Below, piece by piece: positions 27,884 to 39,012 of a stretch of DNA of 64,000 nt. The position numbers were made by a program, and so were the translations under genes. The stretch is from an uncultured Spirochaetota bacterium (GTDB lineage: Bacteria > Spirochaetota > Brevinematia > Brevinematales > JAOACQ01): NCBI GenBank assembly GCA_963783575.1, contig CAWAOD010000010.1, positions 128,001 through 192,000 on the forward strand. The letters are read 5' to 3'. Within the stretch, counting starts at the first letter, position 1. Every line of letters begins with the position of its first letter. Under the pieces are notes generated by a model that made no database searches, was not told where the DNA came from, and was given only the letters and a program-made list of their open reading frames with translations.

Positions 27884-27910
27884 AAAAAAAGCGAGGATAA
27901 ACATCCTCGC
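27884..27910 (-). terminator. leuB terminator
   Basis: GCGAGGAT/ATCCTCGC stem plus T7 on the minus strand. Confidence 0.8.
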
Positions 27911-27937
27911 CTAAGTAATACTTTATTATAACCTTAA

Positions 27938-29008
27938 TTAAATAGAGCTTGCAACAAGGTCTCCAATTTCTTCGGTATTATACCCCATTTTTCCTGCAGA
28001 TTGACTCTTCATCTTTGTACAAACATGTGAAACGGCGTTTTGGATAGCCTTAGCGGCCTTAGCTTCGCCAAGTTCGTCAAGCATCATTCTGCCGGCTTCA
28101 ATCGCCGCGAGAGGATTTATTTTGTGTAAACCGGTATATTTAGGAGCCGATCCGCCGATCGGTTCAAACATAGATACACCTTCGGGGTTTATATTTCCTC
28201 CCGCTGCAATACCCATGCCGCCCTGAATCATTGCGCCAAGGTCTGTGATAATATCACCAAAAAGATTTTCAGTAACAATAACATCAAACCACTCGGGATT
28301 CTTTACAAACCACATTGTTGAAGCATCGACATGAGCATAGTCCCTCTTCAGTTCTTTAAATTCTTTCTCTCCTATTTCCTCAAAAGCCCTATACCATAAA
28401 TCCCCGCAAAATGTCAAAACATTCCTTTTATGCACAAGATGAATAGGCTTTTCAACGTATTTATTGTTTTCATTATTCCTTTTCCGCTTTAACTTAAATG
28501 AATACCTTAAACACCGGTCTACGGTACGTCTATCATAAACCATCAATTGAGTAGCAATTTCATCCTGAGTACCTTCTCTGGTTACTCCGCCATGCCCTGT
28601 GTAAATACCGCTTGAATTTTCCCTAATAACAACAAAATCTATATCTTCAGGTGTCTTATCTTTTATTGGTGTTTCAACACCGGGATATAGCTTAACAGGT
28701 CTTAAATTAATATACTGGTCCAAATCAAACCTGATTCTTAAAAGCAGGCCCTTTTCAAGAATGCCAGGTTTTACATCAGGGTGCCCGATTGCTCCCAGAT
28801 ATATCGCGTTGAATCCTTTTAATTCTTCAATCTCTTCTTTTGAAATGATTTTACCGGTTTTAAGATATCTTTCTCCTCCAAAATCATAATGGTGATAATC
28901 AATGTTGATATTGAACTTGGATGAAGCAGTCTTTAAAACTTTTAATCCTTCGGCAATAACTTCCGGTCCAGTGCCGTCTCCGCCGATGACGGCAATCCTA
29001 TACGACAT
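27938..29008 (-). CDS. leuB: 3-isopropylmalate dehydrogenase
   Basis: [52 protein letters not shown] before MSYRIAV. Confidence 0.88.
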   Translation of the reverse strand: MSYRIAVIGGDGTGPEVIAEGLKVLKTASSKFNINIDYHHYDFGGERYLKTGKIISKEEIEELKGFNAIYLGAIGHPDVKPGILEKGLLLRIRFDLDQYINLRPVKLYPGVETPIKDKTPEDIDFVVIRENSSGIYTGHGGVTREGTQDEIATQLMVYDRRTVDRCLRYSFKLKRKRNNENNKYVEKPIHLVHKRNVLTFCGDLWYRAFEEIGEKEFKELKRDYAHVDASTMWFVKNPEWFDVIVTENLFGDIITDLGAMIQGGMGIAAGGNINPEGVSMFEPIGGSAPKYTGLHKINPLAAIEAGRMMLDELGEAKAAKAIQNAVSHVCTKMKSQSAGKMGYNTEEIGDLVASSI

Positions 29009-29086
29009 TCGCAACCTCCTAAAAGACATAAACAATAATTTTATAATAAATAATAAAAAAAATAAAATTTTTAACATTTTGACAAT

Positions 29087-29142
29087 AAAAAAACGGTTCC
29101 AATAACTTTTTGGGATAAAAACCTGTGTTATTAGAACCGTTT
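29087..29142 (-). terminator. Terminator of the GH94/ABC operon
   Basis: AAACGGTTCTAATAAC...GTTATTGGAACCGTTT plus a T-run on the minus strand. Confidence 0.7.
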
Positions 29143-29159
29143 AAATTTAATTTGTTTTT

Positions 29160-31604
29160 TTAACCTAATATTACCTTAACTTTATGTTCTTTATTATCCT
29201 CAAAAACAGGTATAATATTCCCTTCAACAGTTGTATTATCAACAGAAATCGATTTTACCCCCTTTGAAACATGATTAGGATTCTTCACTTCAATTATAAA
29301 TGTCGCTTTTCTGAACTTACGGGTTATTGTAAAACCATCCCAATCTTCTGGTATGCATGGATCAATCTTCAAACCCTCAAAACCGGGCTGTACACCCAAT
29401 ATAAATTGCGAGACGGCAACATAATTAAGAGAAGCAGTTCCCGATAACCATGAATTCTTTGCTTCTCCATGCCTTACGGCATCTTTTCCGGCAATCATCT
29501 GAGAATAAATATAGGGTTCCATTTTATGAATTTCACTTATATCTTCAAGATATGACGGGGCTATTTTACTATAAACTTCGAATGCCCTATCACCCCTTCC
29601 TATCATAGTTTCCGCAATTGCTATCCAGGGGTTTGTATGGCAGAAAATTCCAGCGTTTTCTTTATATCCCGGAGGATAAGAAGAAATTTCTCCAAGATTG
29701 AGATAATATGTATGATATGCCGGATTCTGCAGTACAATGCCGTATTTGGTATCAAGCCTTTCTTTAACTGAATCAAGTGATTTCTTTGCGAGCCCTTCCT
29801 TTATTCCGATACCGGCCATAACACAAATGCCCTGAGTTTCTATAAATATCTGGCCTTCCTTGCATTCCTTACTGCCGATTTTCTTTCCGAAAGCATCATA
29901 AGCTCTTAAGAACCAGTCACCGTCATTACCGTATTTCATAGTTGTATCTATCATTATTCCCATTTCTTTTTCAGCCATCACAGCCTCATCGCTTAATTTC
30001 CTGATTTTGCAGAGTTTAACAAAATCATACCCGGTTAAAACAAATAATCCCGCGATAAATACCGATTCGGCAACATTACCGTCTTTAACATTATCGCATG
30101 TCTGATATGGTTCATTCGGTTCTTCAGAAAAACAGTTCAGGTTAAGACAATCGTTCCAATCAGCTCTGCCGATCAATGGTAAGCCATGAGGACCTTTATG
30201 TTCAACAACATGGTAAAACGATCTTTTCAAATGCTCGAATAATGATGCCTTATTTGATTCATTATTGTCGAACGGTACCTGCTCGTCAAGAATTGAAAAG
30301 TCCCCGGTTTCTTTGATATATGCGGTAGTCCCGGCAATCAGCCATAGAGGGTCATCATTAAAACCGCTGCCCACATCATTATTCCCTTTTTTCGTCAAAG
30401 GCTGATATTGGTGGTATGCGCTGCCATCCGCGAACTGAGTAGCGGCCAAATCCAAAATTCTTTCTTTTGCCCGATCAGGAATTTGATGAACAAATCCCAG
30501 CAAATCCTGATTGGAATCCCTGAACCCCATCCCTCTTCCGATCCCTGATTCAAAATATGAAGCGCTTCTTGACATATTAAAAGTAATCATACATTGATAA
30601 GGGTTCCAGATATTTACCATCCTGTTCAATTTTTCATCCGAAGTTTTCACCTGATAATTATTGAGAAGACTATCCCAATAAGCCTTTAATTCCTTTAATG
30701 CATTATCAACTGATATTACATCATTAAATTTTTTTATAAGGGCTTTTGCTTTGGTCTTATTTATTACATCCTGTCCAGCCCATTTTTGATCCTTTGGATT
30801 TTCAATATAGCCTAAATTAAAAATTAATATCTTTTCCTCACCCGGTTTTAGAGTCAATTTCAGGCAATGCGATGCTATAGGCGACCACCCGCTTGCCACT
30901 GAATTTTTTGATGCCCCGGCAATTACAGCCTGCGGTTCACCAAATCCATTATTCATTCCAATAAAACTGTCGCGGTCCGAATCAAATCCGTCAATTTTCT
31001 CATTTACCGAGTAAAATGCAAAGTGATTACGCCTTTCCCTATACTCAGTTTTATGATAAATTGTTGAATCTTCTATTTCAACTTCTCCCGTGTTTAAGTT
31101 CCTCTGAAAATTGGTCATATCATCAAGAGCATTCCATAAACAAAACTCAACAAAAGAAAATAATGAAAATGATTTGGTTTCAACTGAAACATTTCGAATA
31201 GTTATTTTATTAATTTCACAATCATCATGTAAAGGAACAAATACCAATTGATTAATCCTAATTCCATTCCTTTCACCGGTAATTGACGTATACCCCAATC
31301 CATGGCGGCATTCATAAAAAGAGAGGTCTTTTTTAACAGGTTTCCAACCAGGCGACCAGAAATCTCCTGTTTTATCATCGCGGACATAGAAATATCTTCC
31401 GCCGCTATCAAGAGGCACATTGTTATATCTGTATCTCGTAATTCTTCTTAATCTTGCGTCCTTATAAAAACTATAACCACCGGCAGTATTTGATATTATC
31501 GAAAAGAAATTCCGGGTGCCCAGATAATTAATCCATGGATATGGGGTTTGCGGTGTCGTAATAACATATTCTTTTCCGATATCATTAAAATAACCGTATT
31601 TCAT
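29160..31604 (-). CDS. GH94 cellobiose phosphorylase
   Basis: [45 protein letters not shown], as in characterised cellobiose phosphorylases. Start at MKYGYF. Confidence 0.9.
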   Translation of the reverse strand: MKYGYFNDIGKEYVITTPQTPYPWINYLGTRNFFSIISNTAGGYSFYKDARLRRITRYRYNNVPLDSGGRYFYVRDDKTGDFWSPGWKPVKKDLSFYECRHGLGYTSITGERNGIRINQLVFVPLHDDCEINKITIRNVSVETKSFSLFSFVEFCLWNALDDMTNFQRNLNTGEVEIEDSTIYHKTEYRERRNHFAFYSVNEKIDGFDSDRDSFIGMNNGFGEPQAVIAGASKNSVASGWSPIASHCLKLTLKPGEEKILIFNLGYIENPKDQKWAGQDVINKTKAKALIKKFNDVISVDNALKELKAYWDSLLNNYQVKTSDEKLNRMVNIWNPYQCMITFNMSRSASYFESGIGRGMGFRDSNQDLLGFVHQIPDRAKERILDLAATQFADGSAYHQYQPLTKKGNNDVGSGFNDDPLWLIAGTTAYIKETGDFSILDEQVPFDNNESNKASLFEHLKRSFYHVVEHKGPHGLPLIGRADWNDCLNLNCFSEEPNEPYQTCDNVKDGNVAESVFIAGLFVLTGYDFVKLCKIRKLSDEAVMAEKEMGIMIDTTMKYGNDGDWFLRAYDAFGKKIGSKECKEGQIFIETQGICVMAGIGIKEGLAKKSLDSVKERLDTKYGIVLQNPAYHTYYLNLGEISSYPPGYKENAGIFCHTNPWIAIAETMIGRGDRAFEVYSKIAPSYLEDISEIHKMEPYIYSQMIAGKDAVRHGEAKNSWLSGTASLNYVAVSQFILGVQPGFEGLKIDPCIPEDWDGFTITRKFRKATFIIEVKNPNHVSKGVKSISVDNTTVEGNIIPVFEDNKEHKVKVILG

Positions 31605-31746
31605 AAATTTTCTCCTTATTCTAAATAAAACGTCTTCCTGAATTGTATACAATTTACATAATAAAAATATAATAATTACAGTTCAGCAAAAGACAACTTT
31701 TCAATATAGAATTGTTTTAATGATCAGTTATAATCCAAGGATTATC

Positions 31747-34167
31747 TTATAATCCAAGGATTATTTCAATTTTATGAATTTTATTATCTTTAAAATCAGG
31801 AATAATGGAACCACTATTTTCTTTTCCATCAACAATCACTGATTTAACTCCTTTTGAAATATGGTCTGGATTCCGAACTTCTATATCATAAGTAGAATTC
31901 CTGAAATGCCTTTTGACTTTAAAATTTTCCCAATTTCTTGGTATGCATGGATCGATTTTAAGTCCCTTATATGACGGCATAATACCCAGAATATATTTGG
32001 TAGCCGCCTGATAAACCCATGAGGCGGTTCCAGAAAGCCAGCTATTCCTTGCCAGACCGAATTGCGGATGTTCGTCACCAAGAATATTCTGCGGATAGCA
32101 ATACGGCTCACATTCATATTCATCAAGCTTTTTGTTTTTCGTTGCAGGGTTTATCTGAGAATAATATTGATAAGCCCTGTCGCCATTTCCGGCAATTGTT
32201 TCAGCAATCATCACCCATGGATTTGTATGTAAAAATATACCGCCGTTTTCTTTAGCTCCCGGCGGGTAAGTAGAAATACCGCCTTTTAACGAATCATAAC
32301 CGTTAAAACCAGGGTAGCTTAATTTAAGACCATTTTTGGTATTGAGCAGCTTATTGACTGAATTTAATGCTTTTTTTGCTCTATCTGCATTTGCAAAACC
32401 TGAAATAACGGCCCATGATTGAGAATTTATATAAATTTTACCATATTGATTAATTTTGGAACCTAAAGGACTGCCGTCAAAATCAAAATACCTGGTGTAC
32501 CATTCGCCATCCCAAGCATTTTTATTAACAATTTCTTTCATTTCTTCATAATATGAAATATAAAGTTTTTTTGAATCCGAATCTCCCAAATATTCCATTA
32601 ATTCAATTATTTCAATAAGGGCTTTCCCGTATAAATCCGCTGTAAAAACTGATTCAGCGCCTGTTTTTAAATTTACAGTATCATTCCAGTCGGCAAAACC
32701 TGCATGAGGAAGACCATGCATACCGACATCATTCTTTGTAAAATCAATGGCCCTCATTAAATGATCCAGGGCGGTTCCCGATTCAATAGGTTTATCATTT
32801 TTATCTTTTTCATAATAGGGTATGACTTCTTTTAGAAAATCTAAGTTACCGGTTTCCTTAAGATAAGAACACACTGCCAGAACAATCCAGAGATGATCAT
32901 CACTGTAATATTTAGGCCTGTCTGCATATTCTTTTGAATCTCCGACAGTTCCAACCATTGTTAAAGGATTGAATTGATGCATCGCCGAACCATTTTTCCG
33001 TTGTACATGAAGAAGCTTCCGTATTAAATCCAATCCTTCTTCCGGAACGTTACCCATTATTCCCATTACATCCTGAGAACTGTCTCTAAAGCCCATTCCA
33101 CGATCGCCACCGAAACCAAGCTGATATAGCGATAAATATCTGGACCAATTTTTTGTTGTGTAGCATTGCCTTGGATTATGAATATTAAGCATCGTGTTCA
33201 TATCAGGATCAGGTGTCTCAACCCGCATCATTGAAAGATAATCTTCCCAGAATAATTTTAAATTTCTAAAAGCATCGTCAACTACATTTTCATTTCTATA
33301 TTTATTAATTCCATCAATAGCCTTATTAATATTTTCTTCCTGCCCGAGCTGAGTAATTAAACGAATAGATTCACCGGGTTTGATTTTTCCGAAATGGTGA
33401 AGAATAGCTCCGATATTATCCCCACGGTTTGCTTCATAATTATCCAACTCGATATTATTTAAAGCTACCGGATTAGCCCAGGATCCGTATTCATTATTGC
33501 CTAAAAAACGTTTTCTATCGGATTCAAATGAGGAGACCGGATGATTGCTGGTAAAATAATTAATTTTAGTATCTCGATTCATAAACGCATATTGTATTAA
33601 TATTTTTTTTCCATCTTTCTCCGGATAAATCCGGCTCTGCATGGTTTGCGGTACCCAATCTGCATTAGTAAGCTGTTTTAAAGCATCAAAATGGGTATAT
33701 TCAATAACCGGTATTAAATCTAAATCAATAGTTTTACCTGATTTATTGGTTATTTTAATATCACGAATCATTCTTGATTCATTCATTGGAATAAAAACAG
33801 TTATATCAGAAAGTATCTCATTAAATTCCGTTATATATCTTGAATATCCCAAGCCCACATGGCATTCATATTTTTCATATTTATTTAAAGTCGGAACAAA
33901 ATACGGCGAAAAGAATTTATAATCTTCCGATTCTTCTTTATACCTTATGTACATTGTCTCACCTTTAAAATCGGAAGCCGGAAGCTGAGCGAAATACTTT
34001 ACGATTCTGTTTAAAGAAGGGTCTTTTTTACATATTAATGAGCCGCCGGTATTATCAATAAATCCGCCAAACGAAAGCTGGCCGATATAATTAATCCATT
34101 TTACCGGTGTCATAGGCGTGGTTATTATATATTCTTTATTCAAATCATTAAAATAGCCATAATCCAT
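31747..34167 (-). CDS. GH94 glycoside phosphorylase, specificity uncertain
   Basis: [44 protein letters not shown]. Start at MDYGYF. Confidence 0.88.
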   Translation of the reverse strand: MDYGYFNDLNKEYIITTPMTPVKWINYIGQLSFGGFIDNTGGSLICKKDPSLNRIVKYFAQLPASDFKGETMYIRYKEESEDYKFFSPYFVPTLNKYEKYECHVGLGYSRYITEFNEILSDITVFIPMNESRMIRDIKITNKSGKTIDLDLIPVIEYTHFDALKQLTNADWVPQTMQSRIYPEKDGKKILIQYAFMNRDTKINYFTSNHPVSSFESDRKRFLGNNEYGSWANPVALNNIELDNYEANRGDNIGAILHHFGKIKPGESIRLITQLGQEENINKAIDGINKYRNENVVDDAFRNLKLFWEDYLSMMRVETPDPDMNTMLNIHNPRQCYTTKNWSRYLSLYQLGFGGDRGMGFRDSSQDVMGIMGNVPEEGLDLIRKLLHVQRKNGSAMHQFNPLTMVGTVGDSKEYADRPKYYSDDHLWIVLAVCSYLKETGNLDFLKEVIPYYEKDKNDKPIESGTALDHLMRAIDFTKNDVGMHGLPHAGFADWNDTVNLKTGAESVFTADLYGKALIEIIELMEYLGDSDSKKLYISYYEEMKEIVNKNAWDGEWYTRYFDFDGSPLGSKINQYGKIYINSQSWAVISGFANADRAKKALNSVNKLLNTKNGLKLSYPGFNGYDSLKGGISTYPPGAKENGGIFLHTNPWVMIAETIAGNGDRAYQYYSQINPATKNKKLDEYECEPYCYPQNILGDEHPQFGLARNSWLSGTASWVYQAATKYILGIMPSYKGLKIDPCIPRNWENFKVKRHFRNSTYDIEVRNPDHISKGVKSVIVDGKENSGSIIPDFKDNKIHKIEIILGL

Positions 34168-34223
34168 AAACAAGCCCTTCAATCAAATAACAGCAGACAT
34201 ATCATATTAAATTAATACCGGAA

Positions 34224-35129
34224 TTATCCTCTAATACCACCGGACAACCCTTCAATAAACTGTCTCTGGAATATTAAGAAGAATATTATAGGGATCACGG
34301 CTGAAATGAAGATTGTAAAGATCATGACATCATAAGGCTTTGCCATATTAACGCTATCCATAAATTGAAGCATCATCGGCATAGTAAACTTTGTGGGTGT
34401 TCTTAATATGATAAGAGGCATTAAAAAGTCATTCCATGTCGCTCTGAACTGGTAAATCGCCATAGCGGCAAGTACAGGCCTTCCAAGCGGTATGGTAATC
34501 TGCCACCATATTTGAAAATTATTGGCTCCGTCTATCCTTGCCGCTTCAATGTAAGATAATGGAATTTTTATAAAATATTGCCTGAGCAGAAACACCGCAG
34601 TTGCCGAAGCCCCGGCTGGAATAATCAGTCCAAGGAGGTTGTCTGTTATATTTATAATTCGAAGAATGCGATAAAAAGGCACAATCATGGTTACCGTTGG
34701 CAGCATCATTGTAGCAAGGATTAATACGAATATAATATTTTTCCCGGGAAAATTCATATAAGAAAAAGCATATGCGCACAGCGAACATACGATTAAAACA
34801 ACTGCTATCGCCGAGATTGTCACAAGCACTGAATTAAAAAATGCCCGGCCGATTTGCCATGTAACTCCGAATTGTGTAGTACCAACACCGAAAGATTTCA
34901 AAAGCGAACTTAAAGTATAGCCTTTTATTGATTTCATAATCGGCTGCGATAGAAAAACCGGAGGAACCCTGAATATATCAATTGCGGGTCTAAAAGCGGA
35001 ATCTGTAAGCCATATCATGGGATAGAAGTAAATCACAATAGCTATGACAAGCAAAAGCACTAATCCTAAAAAACTAAAAAACCTGAACGGTTTTCTATGT
35101 ATTATTACTTTTATTTTATTTGATGCCAT
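34224..35129 (-). CDS. Carbohydrate ABC transporter permease (MalG-like)
   Basis: EAARIDGA loop, WNDFLMP, FQRQFIEG. Confidence 0.93.
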   Translation of the reverse strand: MASNKIKVIIHRKPFRFFSFLGLVLLLVIAIVIYFYPMIWLTDSAFRPAIDIFRVPPVFLSQPIMKSIKGYTLSSLLKSFGVGTTQFGVTWQIGRAFFNSVLVTISAIAVVLIVCSLCAYAFSYMNFPGKNIIFVLILATMMLPTVTMIVPFYRILRIINITDNLLGLIIPAGASATAVFLLRQYFIKIPLSYIEAARIDGANNFQIWWQITIPLGRPVLAAMAIYQFRATWNDFLMPLIILRTPTKFTMPMMLQFMDSVNMAKPYDVMIFTIFISAVIPIIFFLIFQRQFIEGLSGGIRG

Positions 35130-35187
35130 TTTATTTATCCTCCTAAATTAATTAAAATATCGTATTACTAAAATTGTTTTATAATAG

Positions 35188-36120
35188 CTATTCTTCACCT
35201 GAATTACCCAGGCCAAGGAAGCGAAGTTGCAGCAAACTTACTGCCAGAATGATAAAAAACGTTATCCATCCTATTGATGTTGCATATCCAAGCCGCAAAT
35301 TCTGATAAAAACCCTGGTCCAATATATGACCTACTAATGTTCTAGCAATACCTCCAGGTCCATATGTGTTATTTGGAAACAGCATAAATACAATATCAAA
35401 GACCTGAAGTCCTCCAATGGCTGAAGTAACCATAACAAAAGTAAAAGCCGGACGCATTAAAGGCATTACAATTTGAAACAAAACCCTTGGAGCAGAAGCT
35501 CCGTCAATTTTTGCAACTTCAAATAAACTATTATCGATCGATTGGAGGCTGGCAAGAAAATATACCATATGATAGCCCATCCACTGCCAGAATAATACAA
35601 TAAGTATGAGTGGAAACGTATAAGATGAATTATTGATCCAATCAATCTTATTGGGTAAACCAACAAGCCCACAAATCCAATTAATAATACCGGTATCTTT
35701 ATTGAATAACATTCTGAAAAGAAGAGCTAATCCAATACTGCTCATTAAAACCGGAAAGAAAAATGACGCTCTTAAAAAACCCTGCATTTTTTTTGGAACA
35801 TTATTAAGAATATAAGCAAGAACAAACGCAACCGGAACCTGAGTAATAAGACTTCCAAACGCTATAATTAAAGTAGATATTACAGCATGAGAAAAGTTAT
35901 GCTGTTCGTCTTTAAAAATTTCTACATAATTAGCAAATCCAATAAAATCACCGGGGTTAATTCCCTGCATATCGGTGAAACTCATTTTAGCACCCCAGAT
36001 AAATAGAAGAATATTAAAAGTAAACAATAAAACTATAAACGGGGCTATAAACAAAAACGCCGTATAATTACTTTTGGCTTTATTAAATTTTATGGGCTTT
36101 TCTTTGGCTTGTTCTTTCAT
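35188..36120 (-). CDS. Carbohydrate ABC transporter permease (MalF-like)
   Basis: FIGFANY, EVAKIDGA, multiple TM helices. Confidence 0.93.
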   Translation of the reverse strand: MKEQAKEKPIKFNKAKSNYTAFLFIAPFIVLLFTFNILLFIWGAKMSFTDMQGINPGDFIGFANYVEIFKDEQHNFSHAVISTLIIAFGSLITQVPVAFVLAYILNNVPKKMQGFLRASFFFPVLMSSIGLALLFRMLFNKDTGIINWICGLVGLPNKIDWINNSSYTFPLILIVLFWQWMGYHMVYFLASLQSIDNSLFEVAKIDGASAPRVLFQIVMPLMRPAFTFVMVTSAIGGLQVFDIVFMLFPNNTYGPGGIARTLVGHILDQGFYQNLRLGYATSIGWITFFIILAVSLLQLRFLGLGNSGEE

Positions 36121-36153
36121 ATAACTCTCCTTAATGAAACAAATAATAGATAA

Positions 36154-36187
36154 AATGGGGAAGCTATTAAAGCTCCCCCATCGTTTT
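36154..36187 (-). other. Intercistronic stem-loop after the binding-protein gene (partial terminator or mRNA stabiliser)
   Basis: ATGGGG.AGCT...AGCT.CCCCAT inverted repeat. Confidence 0.6.
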
Positions 36188-36194
36188 TAAATAC

Positions 36195-37460
36195 TTACTT
36201 TATTCTCTGCATAGCTTTTTCTTGTGCATTCTTTAAACCATCATCAAGACTTTCTTTTCCGGCTGCAATTTCAGTATATTCAGAGTTGAAATCATTAATA
36301 GCATCCCAGAATATGTCTCCAGCCTGCATCTGAGGTATTCTCTTAGCAAGTTGAATCTGCAGCTGTGCCAGTTTGAATCCGCCGAAGCGAGGATCCGGCT
36401 GGTCAAAAGCTTCACCTGTCCAAGCAGTAGGAAGAGGTTTGAGCATTCCGGTCATCTTATAAGCACTTCTAACACCATCAGCGTCATACTGCATATATTC
36501 AAGCATTTTCCACAGGAAATCAGGATCTTTTGCTAATTTAGGAATAGCAAGGAAAGAACCGCCCCATGTTGATGTGTCATGTTTGCTGCTCATAATTTGA
36601 GGAAGCGGTCTGGCTTTAAACTGATAGATACCGCCATTATTGGTAGCAGCATCATTAACCTGAGGAACCCACCAGTCAGGAGAGCAGTAAGAAGCAAGCG
36701 TTCCGCCCTTTAACAGAGCAGCAAAGTTACCCCAATCCCAGGTCAGTAATTCGCCGGTCTTTACATAATCAAGCCATTTAGCAACAAAAGCTTTAAAAGC
36801 GGGATCGGTAAATTGCGGTTTGCCGTCTTTAGCAAGGAAGTTGGCACCTGATTCTACCCACAACATCCACATGGTTGTTCCCAGTCCGCCGAAATCATAA
36901 GGTAATGCATAATGAACCGGTTTCCCATCTTTCTGTTCTGCAATCAATTTCTTACCGGCATCAAAAAATTCGTCCCATGTTTTGATTGTAGCAACATCAA
37001 CGCCTACTGATTTCCAGAGAGTGTCATTGTAAATAAGAACTACTGGATGGCAGTCATGCGGTAAACCGTAAGTATGTCCACCATAAATCGACCATGCAAC
37101 ACGCCCAGGGATAACATCTTTCATAACAGGAGATGCTTTAACATATTTGTCCAAAGGGTAAACCAGACTCTTCTTAGGATCAGCATTCAGGATTCTGTTG
37201 TTTTCAATCAGCCATTCAATGATATCCGGAACATTTTTGCCGTCCATCATAACAGCCTGTAATCTCTGAACAAAAGCATTCTGAGCTACCAGTTCAAGAT
37301 CCATTTCGACACCGAATTTCTTTTCGATTTCAGCCTGTCTGCCTTTCCATTCTTCAAGGTTGTTAGCAGCAAAGCTCCACATCACGATTTTTCTTGGAGC
37401 ACTAAAAGATACTCCAAAAGCCAACACAACTAGAGTGACCAGGATCACTAGTTTTCTCAT
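36195..37460 (-). CDS. Sugar ABC transporter substrate-binding protein
   Basis: Cys-free signal peptide; YGLPHD..PVVLIYN, TWDEF, WGGSFLAIP. Confidence 0.9.
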   Translation of the reverse strand: MRKLVILVTLVVLAFGVSFSAPRKIVMWSFAANNLEEWKGRQAEIEKKFGVEMDLELVAQNAFVQRLQAVMMDGKNVPDIIEWLIENNRILNADPKKSLVYPLDKYVKASPVMKDVIPGRVAWSIYGGHTYGLPHDCHPVVLIYNDTLWKSVGVDVATIKTWDEFFDAGKKLIAEQKDGKPVHYALPYDFGGLGTTMWMLWVESGANFLAKDGKPQFTDPAFKAFVAKWLDYVKTGELLTWDWGNFAALLKGGTLASYCSPDWWVPQVNDAATNNGGIYQFKARPLPQIMSSKHDTSTWGGSFLAIPKLAKDPDFLWKMLEYMQYDADGVRSAYKMTGMLKPLPTAWTGEAFDQPDPRFGGFKLAQLQIQLAKRIPQMQAGDIFWDAINDFNSEYTEIAAGKESLDDGLKNAQEKAMQRIK

Positions 37461-37600
37461 ATTTATCCTCCTATGAAAATTTGGTTTTGATTACTAAACA
37501 GATAATATCACAAAATCAACTTATCTGTTTCCCCTCCGGGTATTAAGCCTTAAATTAAATACCCAAAACTTCCCTTATTAATTTCATTTATTTAAACTAA

Positions 37601-38623
37601 TCAAATAACTACAGTCGTTTTTCTCTCACCACATGATTCTCTTACAACAAGTTTAGTAGACATAGTAACAAATCTGCGGTTTACATTGCCTTCAAGCATA
37701 TCAAATATTAGATCTACAGCCATTTTACCCATTTCATATCTTTCGTAATGTACTGTAGTTAAAGGCGGTCTTACAATGGAAGCCAGACTTATATCATCAA
37801 ACCCTACAATAGCAATATCTTTCGGAACTTTTAAATCAAAGATCTCAAAAGCATGCATCACTCCGATCGCCATTTGATCATTAGCCGAAAAAAAAGCCTC
37901 CGGGATGTCGCCTCTTTTTATTAATTCTTTCATTGCATTGTATGCTGTATCTTCTTTATAATCTCCATGTATAATCCATTTTTTATTAATAGGTATATTA
38001 TAATCTTCCAAAATATCCTTATAGGCCTGAAACCTTTTTTTATTATCAAATGAGCCTTCGCTGCCGCTTACATAACCTATTTTCCTATAACCTTGACTTA
38101 TAAGATGTTTTACAGCTTCCGCTGCACCGTTATAATTGTCTATTACAATAACACAGACATAATTTTTGCGATTAAAATCAAAATCGGAATCTTTGTCGGA
38201 TAAAACAATTGGAATTCTTGTTGAGATTTCATTAATAAAATCATCTGAAATAACACTGGTACCAAAAATGATTGCGCCATCAACTCTGCCTTCCCTTAAC
38301 AGATTATAAGAATTACCCAAAATACCATCATGCACACTTGCTATGATCATCTCATAACCACGCCTGGATACCGCTTTTTCGACTCCCTCAATTATATCAC
38401 TATTATATGGTCCGCTAAAATCTTTTAAAAACAAACCAATAATGTTGTTTTTTCTCATTTTAAGGCTGCGAGCCGATCCGTTTGGGTGATACCCAAGTTC
38501 TTGCGCTATATGTATAATTTTTTCTTTGGTATTAATATTTACTTTTGGACTGTTATTCATTGCATATGAAACGGTTGAGATCGAAACACCTGCCTTTTTG
38601 GCCACTTCTTTAATATTAGCCAT
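37601..38623 (-). CDS. LacI family transcriptional regulator
   Basis: IKEVAKKAGVSISTVS, YHPNGSARSL, GFDDI, PPLTTV. Confidence 0.95.
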   Translation of the reverse strand: MANIKEVAKKAGVSISTVSYAMNNSPKVNINTKEKIIHIAQELGYHPNGSARSLKMRKNNIIGLFLKDFSGPYNSDIIEGVEKAVSRRGYEMIIASVHDGILGNSYNLLREGRVDGAIIFGTSVISDDFINEISTRIPIVLSDKDSDFDFNRKNYVCVIVIDNYNGAAEAVKHLISQGYRKIGYVSGSEGSFDNKKRFQAYKDILEDYNIPINKKWIIHGDYKEDTAYNAMKELIKRGDIPEAFFSANDQMAIGVMHAFEIFDLKVPKDIAIVGFDDISLASIVRPPLTTVHYERYEMGKMAVDLIFDMLEGNVNRRFVTMSTKLVVRESCGERKTTVVI

Positions 38624-38706
38624 AAACTAATCCTCAAAACCAATATATCGGACCAAATCAGCATACTCAAATACAAATGTGCTCTATTATGCAGCAAGTG
38701 TATACA

Positions 38707-38761
38707 TCGAAACGTTTCACTAAAGGTAAATAATTCTAGCTTAAAAACTTTTTTTTGTCAA
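38707..38761 (-). promoter_or_regulatory. sigma70 promoter with a LacI-type operator
   Basis: TTGACA-17-TAGAAT (38761-38733); palindrome GAAACGTTTC at 38709-38718 just downstream. Confidence 0.7.
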
Positions 38762-38917
38762 GAGAAAATTTGCGAATTAAAAAATATTTTTGGCTCAAAC
38801 TAAGTGATTTTCTCGGTGGTGAAGTTAGCTGACCTTGGCAACTTTAATTGATACAATAAAATAAATGAAGGGAACACTACTTTCTTTTATTTATATGATT
38901 TAAAAGTAATCAAAATA

Positions 38918-38977
38918 ATTCTATCATATATTATAATAAAAGTCAATGTTTAAAACATGTTTGTTGAAACATGTTTC
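38918..38977 (-). promoter_or_regulatory. Second promoter with tandem AAACATGTTT palindromes
   Basis: TTGACT-17-TAGAAT (38946-38918); AAACATGTTT at 38953-38962 and GAAACATGTTTC at 38966-38977. Confidence 0.5.
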
Positions 38978-39012
38978 GACTTAAACCTAAACTGAGCGAT
39001 TTTTCGTTCTAT

